From positions 15,409-79,408 of the forward strand of contig JAJZPN010000005.1 of NCBI GenBank assembly GCA_021811145.1: DNA of 64,000 bases, given 5' to 3'. Made by a program: the position numbers and the translations under genes. The notes below the pieces were generated by a model. The model did no database searches. It saw only the letters and a list, made by a program, of their open reading frames with translations, and had not been told where the DNA came from. The first letter of the stretch is position 1; every line of letters begins with the position of its first letter. Positions 18,681 to 28,482 of this stretch are shown here, one piece after another. The DNA is from Pseudomonadota bacterium. GTDB taxonomy: Bacteria > Pseudomonadota > Gammaproteobacteria > Burkholderiales > Ferrovaceae.

Positions 18681-19997
18681 CTATGCCAATGTTTCAAGAC
18701 GAATACGAACCACCGGTCCTGAAATAGTATCAAGTTGTTCAATCTGTGAAATGGCTTGATTTACATCTTTTTCTAATGCGCGGTGGGTTAAGATGATGAC
18801 ATCAACACGCTCTTCACCCTCTGTTGGTTCACGCTGTAACATGGCCTCAATAGAAATATTTAATGCCGCAAGAATACGGGTTATATCCGCTAATACCCCC
18901 GGGCGATCCAAGGCACTCATTCTCAAATAATAAGAGGTATGTACTTGATCAATTGTTAATACCGGATCATCAGTTAAGCGATCCACTTGGAAGGCCAAGT
19001 ACGGCACACGCTGATGTGGAGCGGCATCCGCCATACGGGCCACATCGACTAAATCTGCTACCACAGCAGAACCAGTGGGTTCCGCTCCTGCTCCAGGACC
19101 ATAATACAAAGTGCTACCTACCGCATCGGCAGACACCAATATGGCATTCATAACCCCTTCAACATTGGCGATTAATCTCTTTTCAGGAATGAGGGTTGGA
19201 TGAACACGTAACTCAAACCCCTGTTCTGTACGTTTAGTTATCCCCAACAACTTAATACGATATCCAAACTCTTCAGCATAGGTAATATCTTTTGCGGTTA
19301 ATTGGGCAATCCCTTCTGTGTATGCCTTATCAAATTGAATGGGGATACCAAAGGCAATTGCTGAAAGTAGAGTGAGCTTATGGGCTGCGTCTATGCCCTC
19401 TACATCAAAGGTGGGATCAGCCTCTGCATAGCCTAAGGCTTGCGCTTCTTTTAAGGCCTCAGAAAAACTAATTCCTCTCTCACGCATATTCGATAAAATA
19501 AAATTACTGGTACCATTAATAATGCCAGCAACCCATTGAATGCGATTGGCACTCAACCCTTCACGTAATGATTTAATAATGGGAATACCACCTGCGACAG
19601 CAGCTTCAAAACCAATCATGACCCCTTTTTCATGAGCTGCCTTAAAAATTTCATTACCATGGAGAGCGAGGAGAGCTTTGTTTGCTGTTACCACATGCTT
19701 GCCTAGAGAAATAGCTTTTAAAACCAGGTCTTTAGCAGGCTGTGTCCCACCCATGACCTCAATGACTATATCCACATCAGGTGATTCAACCACTTGGATA
19801 GGGTTAGTGTAGAGGGTAATACTCTGCCCTACTTTTTTACTCACTTGCGCTACATCTTTTTCTCTTACAGCAGCGCAAGTGACGACAATTTCTCTGCCCG
19901 CTCTTCTGGCAATCTCTTGGCTATTACGCTTTAAAATATCGTATGTACCACCACCTACTACACCTAAACCTAACAAACCTACTCTCATCGGAGTCAT
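18681..19997 (-). CDS. hom: Homoserine dehydrogenase with a C-terminal ACT domain
   Basis: N-terminal GLGVVGGG Rossmann motif, a central homoserine dehydrogenase domain and an ACT-like C-terminus. hom-thrC order. Confidence 0.9.
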   Translation of the reverse strand: MTPMRVGLLGLGVVGGGTYDILKRNSQEIARRAGREIVVTCAAVREKDVAQVSKKVGQSITLYTNPIQVVESPDVDIVIEVMGGTQPAKDLVLKAISLGKHVVTANKALLALHGNEIFKAAHEKGVMIGFEAAVAGGIPIIKSLREGLSANRIQWVAGIINGTSNFILSNMRERGISFSEALKEAQALGYAEADPTFDVEGIDAAHKLTLLSAIAFGIPIQFDKAYTEGIAQLTAKDITYAEEFGYRIKLLGITKRTEQGFELRVHPTLIPEKRLIANVEGVMNAILVSADAVGSTLYYGPGAGAEPTGSAVVADLVDVARMADAAPHQRVPYLAFQVDRLTDDPVLTIDQVHTSYYLRMSALDRPGVLADITRILAALNISIEAMLQREPTEGEERVDVIILTHRALEKDVNQAISQIEQLDTISGPVVRIRLETLA

Positions 19998-21178
19998 AGC
20001 AATCCATCCTTCCTAAACATATCTTTAATTCCACGTAACGCTTGCTTAGTGCGTTCTTCATTTTCAATTAATGAGAAACGTATATGATCATCACCAAGCT
20101 CACCAAAACCAATCCCAGGAGAAACAGCTACTTTTGCTTCTGCTAGTAATTTCTTAGAAAATTCAAGCGATCCCATCTTCTGGTACATCTCAGGAATCTT
20201 TGCCCACACAAACATGGTAGCTTTGGGGTTGTCTACCATCCACTCAAGCTGATGCAATCCTTGAACTAGCACATCACGGCGTTTTTGATAGGTATTTCTT
20301 ATTGTTTCTACGCAATCTTGAGGCCCTTCTAATGCCACAATCGAGGCCACCTGTATGGGCGTGAAGGTACCATAATCATGATAGCTTTTCATTCTCCCTA
20401 AGGCCGCAACCAAAGTAGGATTGCCTACCATAAACCCTACACGCCATCCGGCCATACTGTAGCTCTTGGATAGGGTAAAAAATTCTACTGCCACATCTTT
20501 AGCACCAGGAACTTGCATAATCGATGGTGACTGATAACCATCATAAACAATATCTGCGTAAGCCAAATCATGTACCACATAAATGCCATACTCTCTGGCA
20601 ATGTTCACAACACGTTCAAAAAAAGCCAGATCAACGCATTGCGTAGTGGGGTTACTTGGGAAATTCAGAATCAGCATCTTAGGCCGTGGATAAGATCCTT
20701 TTAAGCCTTTTTCTAACTCTTCAAAAAAATCGACCCCTGGGGTCATACTGATGTGGCGTATATCCGCTCCTGCAATAACAGGGCCATAAATATGAATGGG
20801 ATAACTTGGATTGGGCACCAATACCATGTCACCTGAATCAAGCGTGGCGAGCATTAAATGAGCAATCCCCTCTTTTGAACCAATTGTAAAAATAGCTTCC
20901 GTATCAGGATCTAATTCCACGCCATAACGACGTTGATACCAATTGCAAATCGCTTTTCTTACGCGAGGGATACCTTTTGATAACGAATAGCCATGGGTAT
21001 CGTTACGTTTAGCCGCCTCTACCAACTTGTCAACAATGTGTTGCGGGGTGGGCTGATCGGGGTTACCCATGCTAAAGTCAATAATATCCTCACCGCGACG
21101 TCGGGCTGCTGACTTTAACTCACCGGTAATGTTAAACACATAGGGAGGTAAACGCTTTATTCTTGGAAACTCTGACAT
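19994..21178 (-). CDS. Class I/II PLP aminotransferase (AlaC/aspartate aminotransferase-like)
   Basis: 394 aa with the PLP-lysine context [12 protein letters not shown] and NPSNPT. Overlaps the hom start. Confidence 0.8.
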   Translation of the reverse strand: MSEFPRIKRLPPYVFNITGELKSAARRRGEDIIDFSMGNPDQPTPQHIVDKLVEAAKRNDTHGYSLSKGIPRVRKAICNWYQRRYGVELDPDTEAIFTIGSKEGIAHLMLATLDSGDMVLVPNPSYPIHIYGPVIAGADIRHISMTPGVDFFEELEKGLKGSYPRPKMLILNFPSNPTTQCVDLAFFERVVNIAREYGIYVVHDLAYADIVYDGYQSPSIMQVPGAKDVAVEFFTLSKSYSMAGWRVGFMVGNPTLVAALGRMKSYHDYGTFTPIQVASIVALEGPQDCVETIRNTYQKRRDVLVQGLHQLEWMVDNPKATMFVWAKIPEMYQKMGSLEFSKKLLAEAKVAVSPGIGFGELGDDHIRFSLIENEERTKQALRGIKDMFRKDGLL

Positions 21179-21223
21179 GATGTATGATCTATTCTGGCTT
21201 CAAAAGGGTCAATTTTACCTTAA

Positions 21224-21601
21224 ATGAAGGAACCTATGAAACTAATCAACCATTTACCCGACGCAAACTTTAACATTACAGGCCATGGCAAAGACTTTGT
21301 TATGGTCAACAAAGAACGCTTAGAAAAGAGTCTTATCATCAGCCCCACTCGTCTTGAGCGCACTTGGGTAAATTCTCTTGATGAGCTCACAGAAGACCAT
21401 ATCGCTCAACTGGTTGAATGGCAACCTGCTATTGTATTGCTTGGTACTGGTCACACATTAACTTTTCCTACACCATCGTTATTGCGCCCACTCATACAAG
21501 CTCATATAGGCTTTGAAATCATGGATACACAAGCAGCCTGTCGTACCTATAATGTGCTCGTTAGCGAAGATCGCTTTGTGGTTGCGGCATTAATTATTTA
21601 A
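21224..21601 (+). CDS. Mth938-like / DUF498 domain protein
   Basis: 125 aa. The pattern ...LLGTGHTLTFP...GFEIMDTQAACRTYNVL matches the Mth938/NDUFAF3-like family as I remember it. Confidence 0.5.
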   Translation: MKEPMKLINHLPDANFNITGHGKDFVMVNKERLEKSLIISPTRLERTWVNSLDELTEDHIAQLVEWQPAIVLLGTGHTLTFPTPSLLRPLIQAHIGFEIMDTQAACRTYNVLVSEDRFVVAALII

Positions 21602-22524
21602 CCCTCAAGTAGAGCACGAATATGCTCATTGACACTGCGCCCCAATGCATCAGGGTCGTACCCCCCTTCCAGCATGGATACAATGCGCCCGTCACTGTGT
21701 TTAAATGACAGTTCCTGAAGTTGTTGAGTTAACCACACGTAATCAGCCTCTACCCAACGCAAATGGGCAAGAGGGTCCAACTTATGAGCATCAAAACCTG
21801 CTGAAATCAAAATTAGTTGAGGGGCGAATTCATCAATTTTAGGGAGCGCATTTTGACTCATAATAGATTGCATATAGTGTCCATCACTGCCTGCTGGTAA
21901 TGGATAATTAAGGATATGTTCATTTTTAGTATCACTACCACTGTAAGGATAAAAAGGATGTTGAAAGGTGGAGCAGTACAGGACTCTACTGTCATGTCTA
22001 AAAATATCCTCTGTCCCGTTACCATGATGAACATCAAAATCAACAATAGCGACACGCTCTAATTGATAGTGCTCCAAGGCGTGGGCCGCCGCCACGGCAA
22101 TATTGTTAAAAAAACAAAACCCCATAGCGCGCTGATGTTCCGCATGATGTCCTGGTGGGCGTACCGCACAAAACACGGAGTTAGCGAACTGTTTCATAAC
22201 CAGATCCACAGCCATCACCCCTGCTCCCGCACCGCACAAAGCGGCTTGTAATGAATGAGGACTCATAACGGTATCATCATCAATATGATGTAATCCTTGC
22301 GTAGGTGATGCAGCAATGATAGATTGAACATGCTCTTTACTGTGAACCCTCTCTAATTGCTCAATAGTGGCTTCTATGGCTTCATGCGGGATTAAATAAT
22401 TGATTAAGCCTGAGGCAATTAAACGGTCATTGATGGCTGCTAAGCGATGTGGACTTTCGGGATGGTAATCCCCCATATTGTGTAAACCACAAAATGAATG
22501 CGTAATGTAAGCGGTATTTATCAT
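21598..22524 (-). CDS. Zn-dependent histone deacetylase-family (class II HDAC / acetylpolyamine amidohydrolase-like) deacetylase
   Basis: HPESPHRL, RPPGHHA, DFDVHHGNGT and GFDAH...DPL signatures of the arginase/deacetylase superfamily. Confidence 0.85.
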   Translation of the reverse strand: MINTAYITHSFCGLHNMGDYHPESPHRLAAINDRLIASGLINYLIPHEAIEATIEQLERVHSKEHVQSIIAASPTQGLHHIDDDTVMSPHSLQAALCGAGAGVMAVDLVMKQFANSVFCAVRPPGHHAEHQRAMGFCFFNNIAVAAAHALEHYQLERVAIVDFDVHHGNGTEDIFRHDSRVLYCSTFQHPFYPYSGSDTKNEHILNYPLPAGSDGHYMQSIMSQNALPKIDEFAPQLILISAGFDAHKLDPLAHLRWVEADYVWLTQQLQELSFKHSDGRIVSMLEGGYDPDALGRSVNEHIRALLEG

Positions 22525-22559
22525 TATAATAATTCTCTAACCTGTTGTGAGACGCCTTG

Positions 22560-25031
22560 ATGAGACCACATTATTTGACACCCTTTTTTGCACCACAATC
22601 TGTTGTCATTGTAGGGCCACTATCAAGCTCTGACGCATTGTCTCGTTCAGTATACGACAATCTCACACTAAATCACTATCAGGGTGAACTCTATGCTGTT
22701 AACACCCTATCTCCCTCTAAAATTAATGCCAGTTTCTTCCCTAACCTCAATACATTACCCGCTATCCCAGATCTGCTCATGCTGGATGTGCCCGTTGATG
22801 AAGTTCAAGGATATCTTGAGCAATGTGGAGAGCTTAACATTAATCATGTTGTGTTAATGACTAACGTCACTCAACTTGAGCAACAGCATGTGGAGGAGCT
22901 TAAGTCTGTTTGGCGCGCTATAACAAAAGCCCAAGGAATACGCGTCATGGGTCCTAATTGTGCCGGCGTAATGCGGCCTCTGATTGGTATGAGTACTTCA
23001 CTTATGAAACCAGGGACTTTGGGCATGCTATCTCAATCAACTGCTCTAACAAGCGGAGTATTGGATTGGGCCAGCGGTAATGGCTTAGGTTTTTCTGCTG
23101 TTGTGTCATTAAACGATTCGATTGATATCGGCTTTGCGGAAATTGTGGATTACCTGGTGTCCGATCATCACACTCAGAGTATCCTCATTTTTGTAGAGGA
23201 AGTGGCTCAAGCTCGTCAACTGATGAGTGCGTTACGCGAAGCGGCACGCGTCAAACCCACTATTGTTCTTAAAGCAGACAAACATGCGCTACTAAGAACA
23301 GGAGATCAGTTGTCTGACGTTGATTTTGAGCAAAGTGATGGTATCTTTAATGCCGCTCTGCGACGCGTTGGGGTAGTAAGAGTAAGAACCATGACCCAAC
23401 TCTTTGCTGCCGCTAGAGCCTGTTCATTGCGCTATCGTAAAAGTGGACCTCATTTAGCTATTATTTCAAATGGTGAGGGCCCTGCCGCCCTAGCCACAGA
23501 CCGCGCCTTAGACAATTACATCCCCATGGCCCGTTTATCTGAGCAAACGCTCAACTCACTCGATGGATTAATAAACAACAAAAGTGGTAATCCCATTGAT
23601 CTTGGTGCCACCGCCAAGGCCCAACAATACAAACGTGTTGCTCAATTATTACTTAATGCTCCTGAGGTAGATAGTCTGCTTGTTATCTTATGCCCTCAAC
23701 ATGGTTCGGAAAGTGACCTAACTGCCTATGAAATTGCCGAGTTAGCTAAAAAAACCAATAAACCCATTATGGCCTGTTGGATGGGAGACCAGAGTGTGGT
23801 TCCTGCACGTCGTCTGTTTAGTGCTCAGCGCGTCCCCAACTTTAGAACTCCTGAATCCGCGGTGGATGCAATCCGTTATATCAATCAATATTTACATAAT
23901 CAGCAAATGTTGTTTCAAACAACGAGCTCAAGGGTAATTGATTCACAACCCGATCTTGATCGTGCAAGAACTATTATTCATGAACAAATTGATCAAGGCT
24001 CACATACGCTGACACAACTTAATACAGAAAAACTCCTGGCAGCCTTTGATCTAACCTATCGCGCCAACATGCCAATGCCGCCTAATACCAGCAAACAATC
24101 ACGTATCATGATCGACCTTGGGGTGGTGCGCGACAGCACTCTTGGACCAAGTTTATATATTTCTCCTGGAGGCATGGCCGCTCATTTGCCACATTCTAAA
24201 ACTTACGCTCTTCCTCCTTTAAATCATTTTTTAGCAAAGGAGTTTATTGAGCGCAGCTTGTTAAGCCATCTCAACCACCCCTCCTCAGAGAAGGCCATAA
24301 GTCAGCATCATGCTCTGATATATCTTATTTTACGTTTATCAGAAATGTGTTGCGAGTTGGCCGCTATTGAAACCATTGAATTAAATTTGTGGCTCAAAGA
24401 CGATGATTATGTAGAGATACTTTATGCTCACATAACACTTAATAAAGAACCAGTTACCTCTTTTGATTACCGACACTTAGCCATACACCCTTATCCTCTT
24501 GATTTGGTTAAATCGCTGACATTAAAAAACAATCTATCCATCCAAATTCGCCCTATCAGACCAGAAGATGCCGAAATGGAACAAGAGTTTGTTAGAAACT
24601 TATCAGAAGACAGTCGTTACTTTCGCTTTTTAGATGCCCTCAAAGAATTGCCTCGCTCTCTGTTAGTACGTTTTACTCAACTTGATTACGCAACAGAAAT
24701 GGCATTAATTGCTACTACTACAATTGACAACCAAGAAAAGCAATTAGGGGTTGCGCGATTCACCACTAACCCCGACGGTGAATCCTGTGAGTTTGCTTTG
24801 GTCATTGCTGATCAATTTCAAGGATTGGGGCTAGGTAGCACCCTGATGAACGAACTTATTGTATGTGCCAAATCCAGACAGTTACGTTTCATGACAGGAG
24901 AAGTATTAGGCAATAATACTGGGATGTTACATCTTATGCACAAATTAGGTTTTCATAGCGCCATAGCTGAGGAAGAACCTAGCCTGAGGACGGTGACATT
25001 AAATTTAGAAAACTATCAACCCATCCTATAA
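22560..25031 (+). CDS. pat: Pat/YfiQ-type protein lysine acetyltransferase (NDP-forming acyl-CoA synthetase-like domains plus C-terminal GNAT)
   Basis: ~823 aa. N-terminal CoA-binding/succinyl-CoA-synthetase-like region. C-terminal GNAT with IRPIRPED...QFQGLGLGSTLM. I prefer ATG 22560 (the track starts at TTG 22557). Confidence 0.8.
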   Translation: MRPHYLTPFFAPQSVVIVGPLSSSDALSRSVYDNLTLNHYQGELYAVNTLSPSKINASFFPNLNTLPAIPDLLMLDVPVDEVQGYLEQCGELNINHVVLMTNVTQLEQQHVEELKSVWRAITKAQGIRVMGPNCAGVMRPLIGMSTSLMKPGTLGMLSQSTALTSGVLDWASGNGLGFSAVVSLNDSIDIGFAEIVDYLVSDHHTQSILIFVEEVAQARQLMSALREAARVKPTIVLKADKHALLRTGDQLSDVDFEQSDGIFNAALRRVGVVRVRTMTQLFAAARACSLRYRKSGPHLAIISNGEGPAALATDRALDNYIPMARLSEQTLNSLDGLINNKSGNPIDLGATAKAQQYKRVAQLLLNAPEVDSLLVILCPQHGSESDLTAYEIAELAKKTNKPIMACWMGDQSVVPARRLFSAQRVPNFRTPESAVDAIRYINQYLHNQQMLFQTTSSRVIDSQPDLDRARTIIHEQIDQGSHTLTQLNTEKLLAAFDLTYRANMPMPPNTSKQSRIMIDLGVVRDSTLGPSLYISPGGMAAHLPHSKTYALPPLNHFLAKEFIERSLLSHLNHPSSEKAISQHHALIYLILRLSEMCCELAAIETIELNLWLKDDDYVEILYAHITLNKEPVTSFDYRHLAIHPYPLDLVKSLTLKNNLSIQIRPIRPEDAEMEQEFVRNLSEDSRYFRFLDALKELPRSLLVRFTQLDYATEMALIATTTIDNQEKQLGVARFTTNPDGESCEFALVIADQFQGLGLGSTLMNELIVCAKSRQLRFMTGEVLGNNTGMLHLMHKLGFHSAIAEEEPSLRTVTLNLENYQPIL

Positions 25032-25050
25032 AATACTGGTTCTCTGATTA

Positions 25051-25626
25051 CTAATTTTTTAGTACCCGTTGTGGATTGATCGGTTTACCTCGATAACGGA
25101 TCTCAAAATGAAGAGTGGCATTGGTATTGCCGCCCTGAGGAGAGAGTTCAGCGATTGCCTGGCCTGCTTTTACTTTAGCACCTTCTTTTACCAGTATTTT
25201 TTGGTTATCAGCATAAACACTTAAGATGTCTGGTGAATGCTTAATGACAACCATATGGCCATAGCCTTTCAACGAATCTCCCACGTAACTCACCACACCA
25301 CTTGCAGAGGCATTGACTGTTTTATGTTCAGTCACTTCTATATCAAGACCTTTGCGATCACTGTGATAGAGCGCACTTTTATAATTTAGTATGGGCCATT
25401 GCCAATTAATTTGCGTTATCTCTGGTGGAAGAGGTTTATTGTTAGGTTGAGTAGCAGTTGATGCTTGAGATTTTTTCTTGTGGTTTTTTTTATGTTCTAC
25501 AGAAGCGTCCTTAGAACCAATCGCTTGACCTGAAATACTCTCATCACTAACGGGAGCAGGGTTTAAGGTAGATGAGCAGCCGCTCAATACCAGACCAACA
25601 CATAACGCTATCAATAATTGTTTCAT
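25051..25626 (-). CDS. nlpD: NlpD-like lipoprotein with a degenerate M23/LytM domain
   Basis: Lipobox LVLSGC and C-terminal GLDI...GYGHMVVIKH...LHFEIRYRGKPINP. It follows surE-pcm. No LysM repeat is visible, and the catalytic His positions look substituted as in E. coli NlpD. Confidence 0.75.
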   Translation of the reverse strand: MKQLLIALCVGLVLSGCSSTLNPAPVSDESISGQAIGSKDASVEHKKNHKKKSQASTATQPNNKPLPPEITQINWQWPILNYKSALYHSDRKGLDIEVTEHKTVNASASGVVSYVGDSLKGYGHMVVIKHSPDILSVYADNQKILVKEGAKVKAGQAIAELSPQGGNTNATLHFEIRYRGKPINPQRVLKN

Positions 25627-26288
25627 TGCACGCTACCTTCCCTCAAAGGTACAAATTTAACTGCTTCAATGATCTGTTGAGTAAAGCCCTGCTCATCGCG
25701 ATCAACAACGATTAATTGTTGTTTATTCCCCCCCACAGGGATAACTAACCGTCCACCAATACTCAATTGCTCAAGTAATGCATCGGGAATACTCTCTGGG
25801 GCTGCAGCCACAATGATACCATCAAAGGGTGCTGCGTCTGCTAGTCCATATGTACCATCAGTATGCATAAGACGCAGATTATGAATACGCATCGCCCAAA
25901 CCCTTGAGCGGGTTTTTTCAAGTAACTGACCGATCCGCTCAACTGAGTAGACTTCTTTAAAGAGCTTGGACAACACGGCAGCTTGATAGCCACAACCTGT
26001 CCCTACTTCAAGCACTTTCTCTGGCGTTTTTTTTGCAAGCCTCAATAACTCAATCATGCGTGCCACAATATAGGGCGCAGAAATCGTTTGACCATGTCCG
26101 ATCGGTAAAGCCGTATCCTCATAGGCGCGTGATGCAATAGCTTCATCCACAAAACTATGGCGTGGTATCGCTGCCATCGCCTTTAATACAGCCTCATCTT
26201 GAATTCCTGCTTGTCGTAGACGTTCCACCATACGCTGGCGCGTACGCTCAGAGGTCATTCCTTTCCCCGTTTCAAGTCGACCAATCAT
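25623..26288 (-). CDS. pcm: Protein-L-isoaspartate O-methyltransferase
   Basis: [19 protein letters not shown] and the SAM motif [13 protein letters not shown]. The start may be the internal MTSERTR (26258). Confidence 0.9.
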   Translation of the reverse strand: MIGRLETGKGMTSERTRQRMVERLRQAGIQDEAVLKAMAAIPRHSFVDEAIASRAYEDTALPIGHGQTISAPYIVARMIELLRLAKKTPEKVLEVGTGCGYQAAVLSKLFKEVYSVERIGQLLEKTRSRVWAMRIHNLRLMHTDGTYGLADAAPFDGIIVAAAPESIPDALLEQLSIGGRLVIPVGGNKQQLIVVDRDEQGFTQQIIEAVKFVPLREGSVQ

Positions 26289-27031
26289 AAGCTTAACCAG
26301 CCACGAACTTTATCTAACTGCTGATAATGGGTTAAATCCATTTGTAATGGTGTGATAGATACAAATCCGTTTTTAATGGCATCAAAATCAGTCCCTACAC
26401 CACAGTCAGCGGCAGGGCCTGCTGCACCAACCCAATAGACAGTTTGTCCACGTGGATTTGTTGCTTTGATAACAGGTTCTGCTTTGTGTCGTTTACCAAG
26501 ACGAGTCACTTTGAACCCTTTTAACTCTTCAAAGGGGCAATCAGGTACATTCACATTTAACAAAGTAGGCTCAGTAAGAGCCTGGGTTTTTATTTGTTGA
26601 ACTAAATGGGTAACCACTTGTGCTGCAGTACGATAGTGGCCCCCTCCTGATTCATTCACAAGTGACACGGCGATGGCGGGAATTCCCAAAAGAAACCCTT
26701 CAGTTGCCGCGGCTACAGTACCAGAATAGATTGTGTCATCGCCCATGTTGGCACCATGATTGATACCCGACACAATGATGTCAGGTACCTGATCTAACAA
26801 TCCCGTCACAGCCATATGAACGCAATCTGTGGGGGTGCCATTAACATGATAAAAGCCATTTGGTGCTTGTTTAACAATAAGCGGTCGATCAAGCGTTAAC
26901 GAGTTACTGGCCCCACTTTTTTCAGCATCAGGAGCCACCACTACAACCTCAGCTATTTTCTTAAGTTCATCATACAACACATTGATTCCTTGAGAAAAAT
27001 AACCATCGTCATTACTCATTAAAATACGCAT
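26285..27031 (-). CDS. surE: 5'/3'-nucleotidase SurE
   Basis: [10 protein letters not shown]...[11 protein letters not shown]...SGTVAAA. I prefer ATG 27031 to the TTG at 27043. Confidence 0.9.
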   Translation of the reverse strand: MRILMSNDDGYFSQGINVLYDELKKIAEVVVVAPDAEKSGASNSLTLDRPLIVKQAPNGFYHVNGTPTDCVHMAVTGLLDQVPDIIVSGINHGANMGDDTIYSGTVAAATEGFLLGIPAIAVSLVNESGGGHYRTAAQVVTHLVQQIKTQALTEPTLLNVNVPDCPFEELKGFKVTRLGKRHKAEPVIKATNPRGQTVYWVGAAGPAADCGVGTDFDAIKNGFVSITPLQMDLTHYQQLDKVRGWLSL

Positions 27032-27049
27032 AACCTCGTCCAATAACCT

Positions 27050-28471
27050 TTATTTTTTGGGTGGCAAATCTGTACATACACCCTCTAACCACTCTGCAGC
27101 CATACCAATCGATTCACCCAATGTAGGATGAGGATGAATGGTTTTACCAATATCAGCAGGGTCACACCCCATCTCAATAGCTAGGCAAATCTCACCAATT
27201 AAATCACCGGCATGAGTACCCACAATAGCGCCACCTAACAACTGATGGCTCTTGGCATCAAAGAGTAATTTAGTAAACCCTTCATCGCGTCCATTAGCAA
27301 TAGCTCGTCCGGACGCAGCCCAAGGGAAGACGGCTTTTTCCACTGCAATACCCTGCTCTTTAGCTTGTTCCTCAGTAAGCCCCGCCCAAGCAACCTCGGG
27401 ATCTGTGTAAGCCACAGAGGGAATTTGTCTGGCATCAAAATAGGTGCGTCGTCCCTCAGCCGCTTCAGCTGCCACATGCCCCTCATGAACAGCCTTATGA
27501 GCGAGCATCGGCTGACCGACAATATCACCAATGGCAAATATATGGGGTACGTTAGTTCGATTTTGACGATCCACAGGAATAAAACCACGTTCATCCACCA
27601 TTACCCCAGCTTGCTCTGCGCCAATAAATTTGCCATTTGGTTTTCGTCCAACAGCCACTAATACCACATCATAAGTCTCTGCCTTAGGCGTTCCTTCAGG
27701 TCCCTCAAAATGAACAGTAATGCCATCATTTGTCGCTGTCATTTGTGTGGTTTTGGTGTTCAGCATCACGCGCTCAAAGCGTTTCAGGTTTTTCTTTTCC
27801 CACACCTTAACCAAATCTCTGTCAGCGCCCATCATCAGTCCTGACTGCATTTCAACCACATCAAGACGGGTACCCAAGACAGAATAAACTGTTGCCATTT
27901 CAAGGCCAATAATGCCCCCACCTACCACTAACATTTTCTTAGGAATTTGAGTAAGCGCCAGGGCCCCTGTGGAATCAATAATGCGCGGGTCATCAGGAGC
28001 GAAGGGTAACTTTACCGCTTGCGAACCTGCCGCGATAATTGCCTTATTAAAGCGCACCAACTGCTCAGAGCCATCATTGGCCGTGACTGATAAATGCTGA
28101 GCATCAACAAACTTACCTACTCCCTGGAGCACTTGAACCTTACGGGCCTTAGCCATCATGGCAAGCCCACCCGTAAGTTTATTTACCACTGACGACTTCC
28201 ATTGGCGTAACCCATCTAAATCGATTTCTGGCGCCCCAAAACGTACTCCATGTTTACTAAGTGCCATTGCCTCCTCAGTCACAGAGGCAACATGTAATAA
28301 GGCCTTTGAAGGAATACACCCTACATTTAAGCACACTCCACCCAATGTGGAATAACGTTCAACTAAGATAGTTTTTTGGCCTAAATCAGCACTTCTAAAG
28401 GCCGCGGAATAGCCTCCAGGCCCCGCTCCTAACACCACCACTTCACATTCTAATATTGCCATTTCTGCCAT
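27050..28471 (-). CDS. lpdA: Dihydrolipoyl dehydrogenase (E3)
   Basis: GAGPGGY FAD motif, redox disulfide GGVCLNVGCIPSK and C-terminal HPHPTLGE. Confidence 0.95.
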   Translation of the reverse strand: MAEMAILECEVVVLGAGPGGYSAAFRSADLGQKTILVERYSTLGGVCLNVGCIPSKALLHVASVTEEAMALSKHGVRFGAPEIDLDGLRQWKSSVVNKLTGGLAMMAKARKVQVLQGVGKFVDAQHLSVTANDGSEQLVRFNKAIIAAGSQAVKLPFAPDDPRIIDSTGALALTQIPKKMLVVGGGIIGLEMATVYSVLGTRLDVVEMQSGLMMGADRDLVKVWEKKNLKRFERVMLNTKTTQMTATNDGITVHFEGPEGTPKAETYDVVLVAVGRKPNGKFIGAEQAGVMVDERGFIPVDRQNRTNVPHIFAIGDIVGQPMLAHKAVHEGHVAAEAAEGRRTYFDARQIPSVAYTDPEVAWAGLTEEQAKEQGIAVEKAVFPWAASGRAIANGRDEGFTKLLFDAKSHQLLGGAIVGTHAGDLIGEICLAIEMGCDPADIGKTIHPHPTLGESIGMAAEWLEGVCTDLPPKK

Positions 28472-28482
28472 ATTGACATCTC

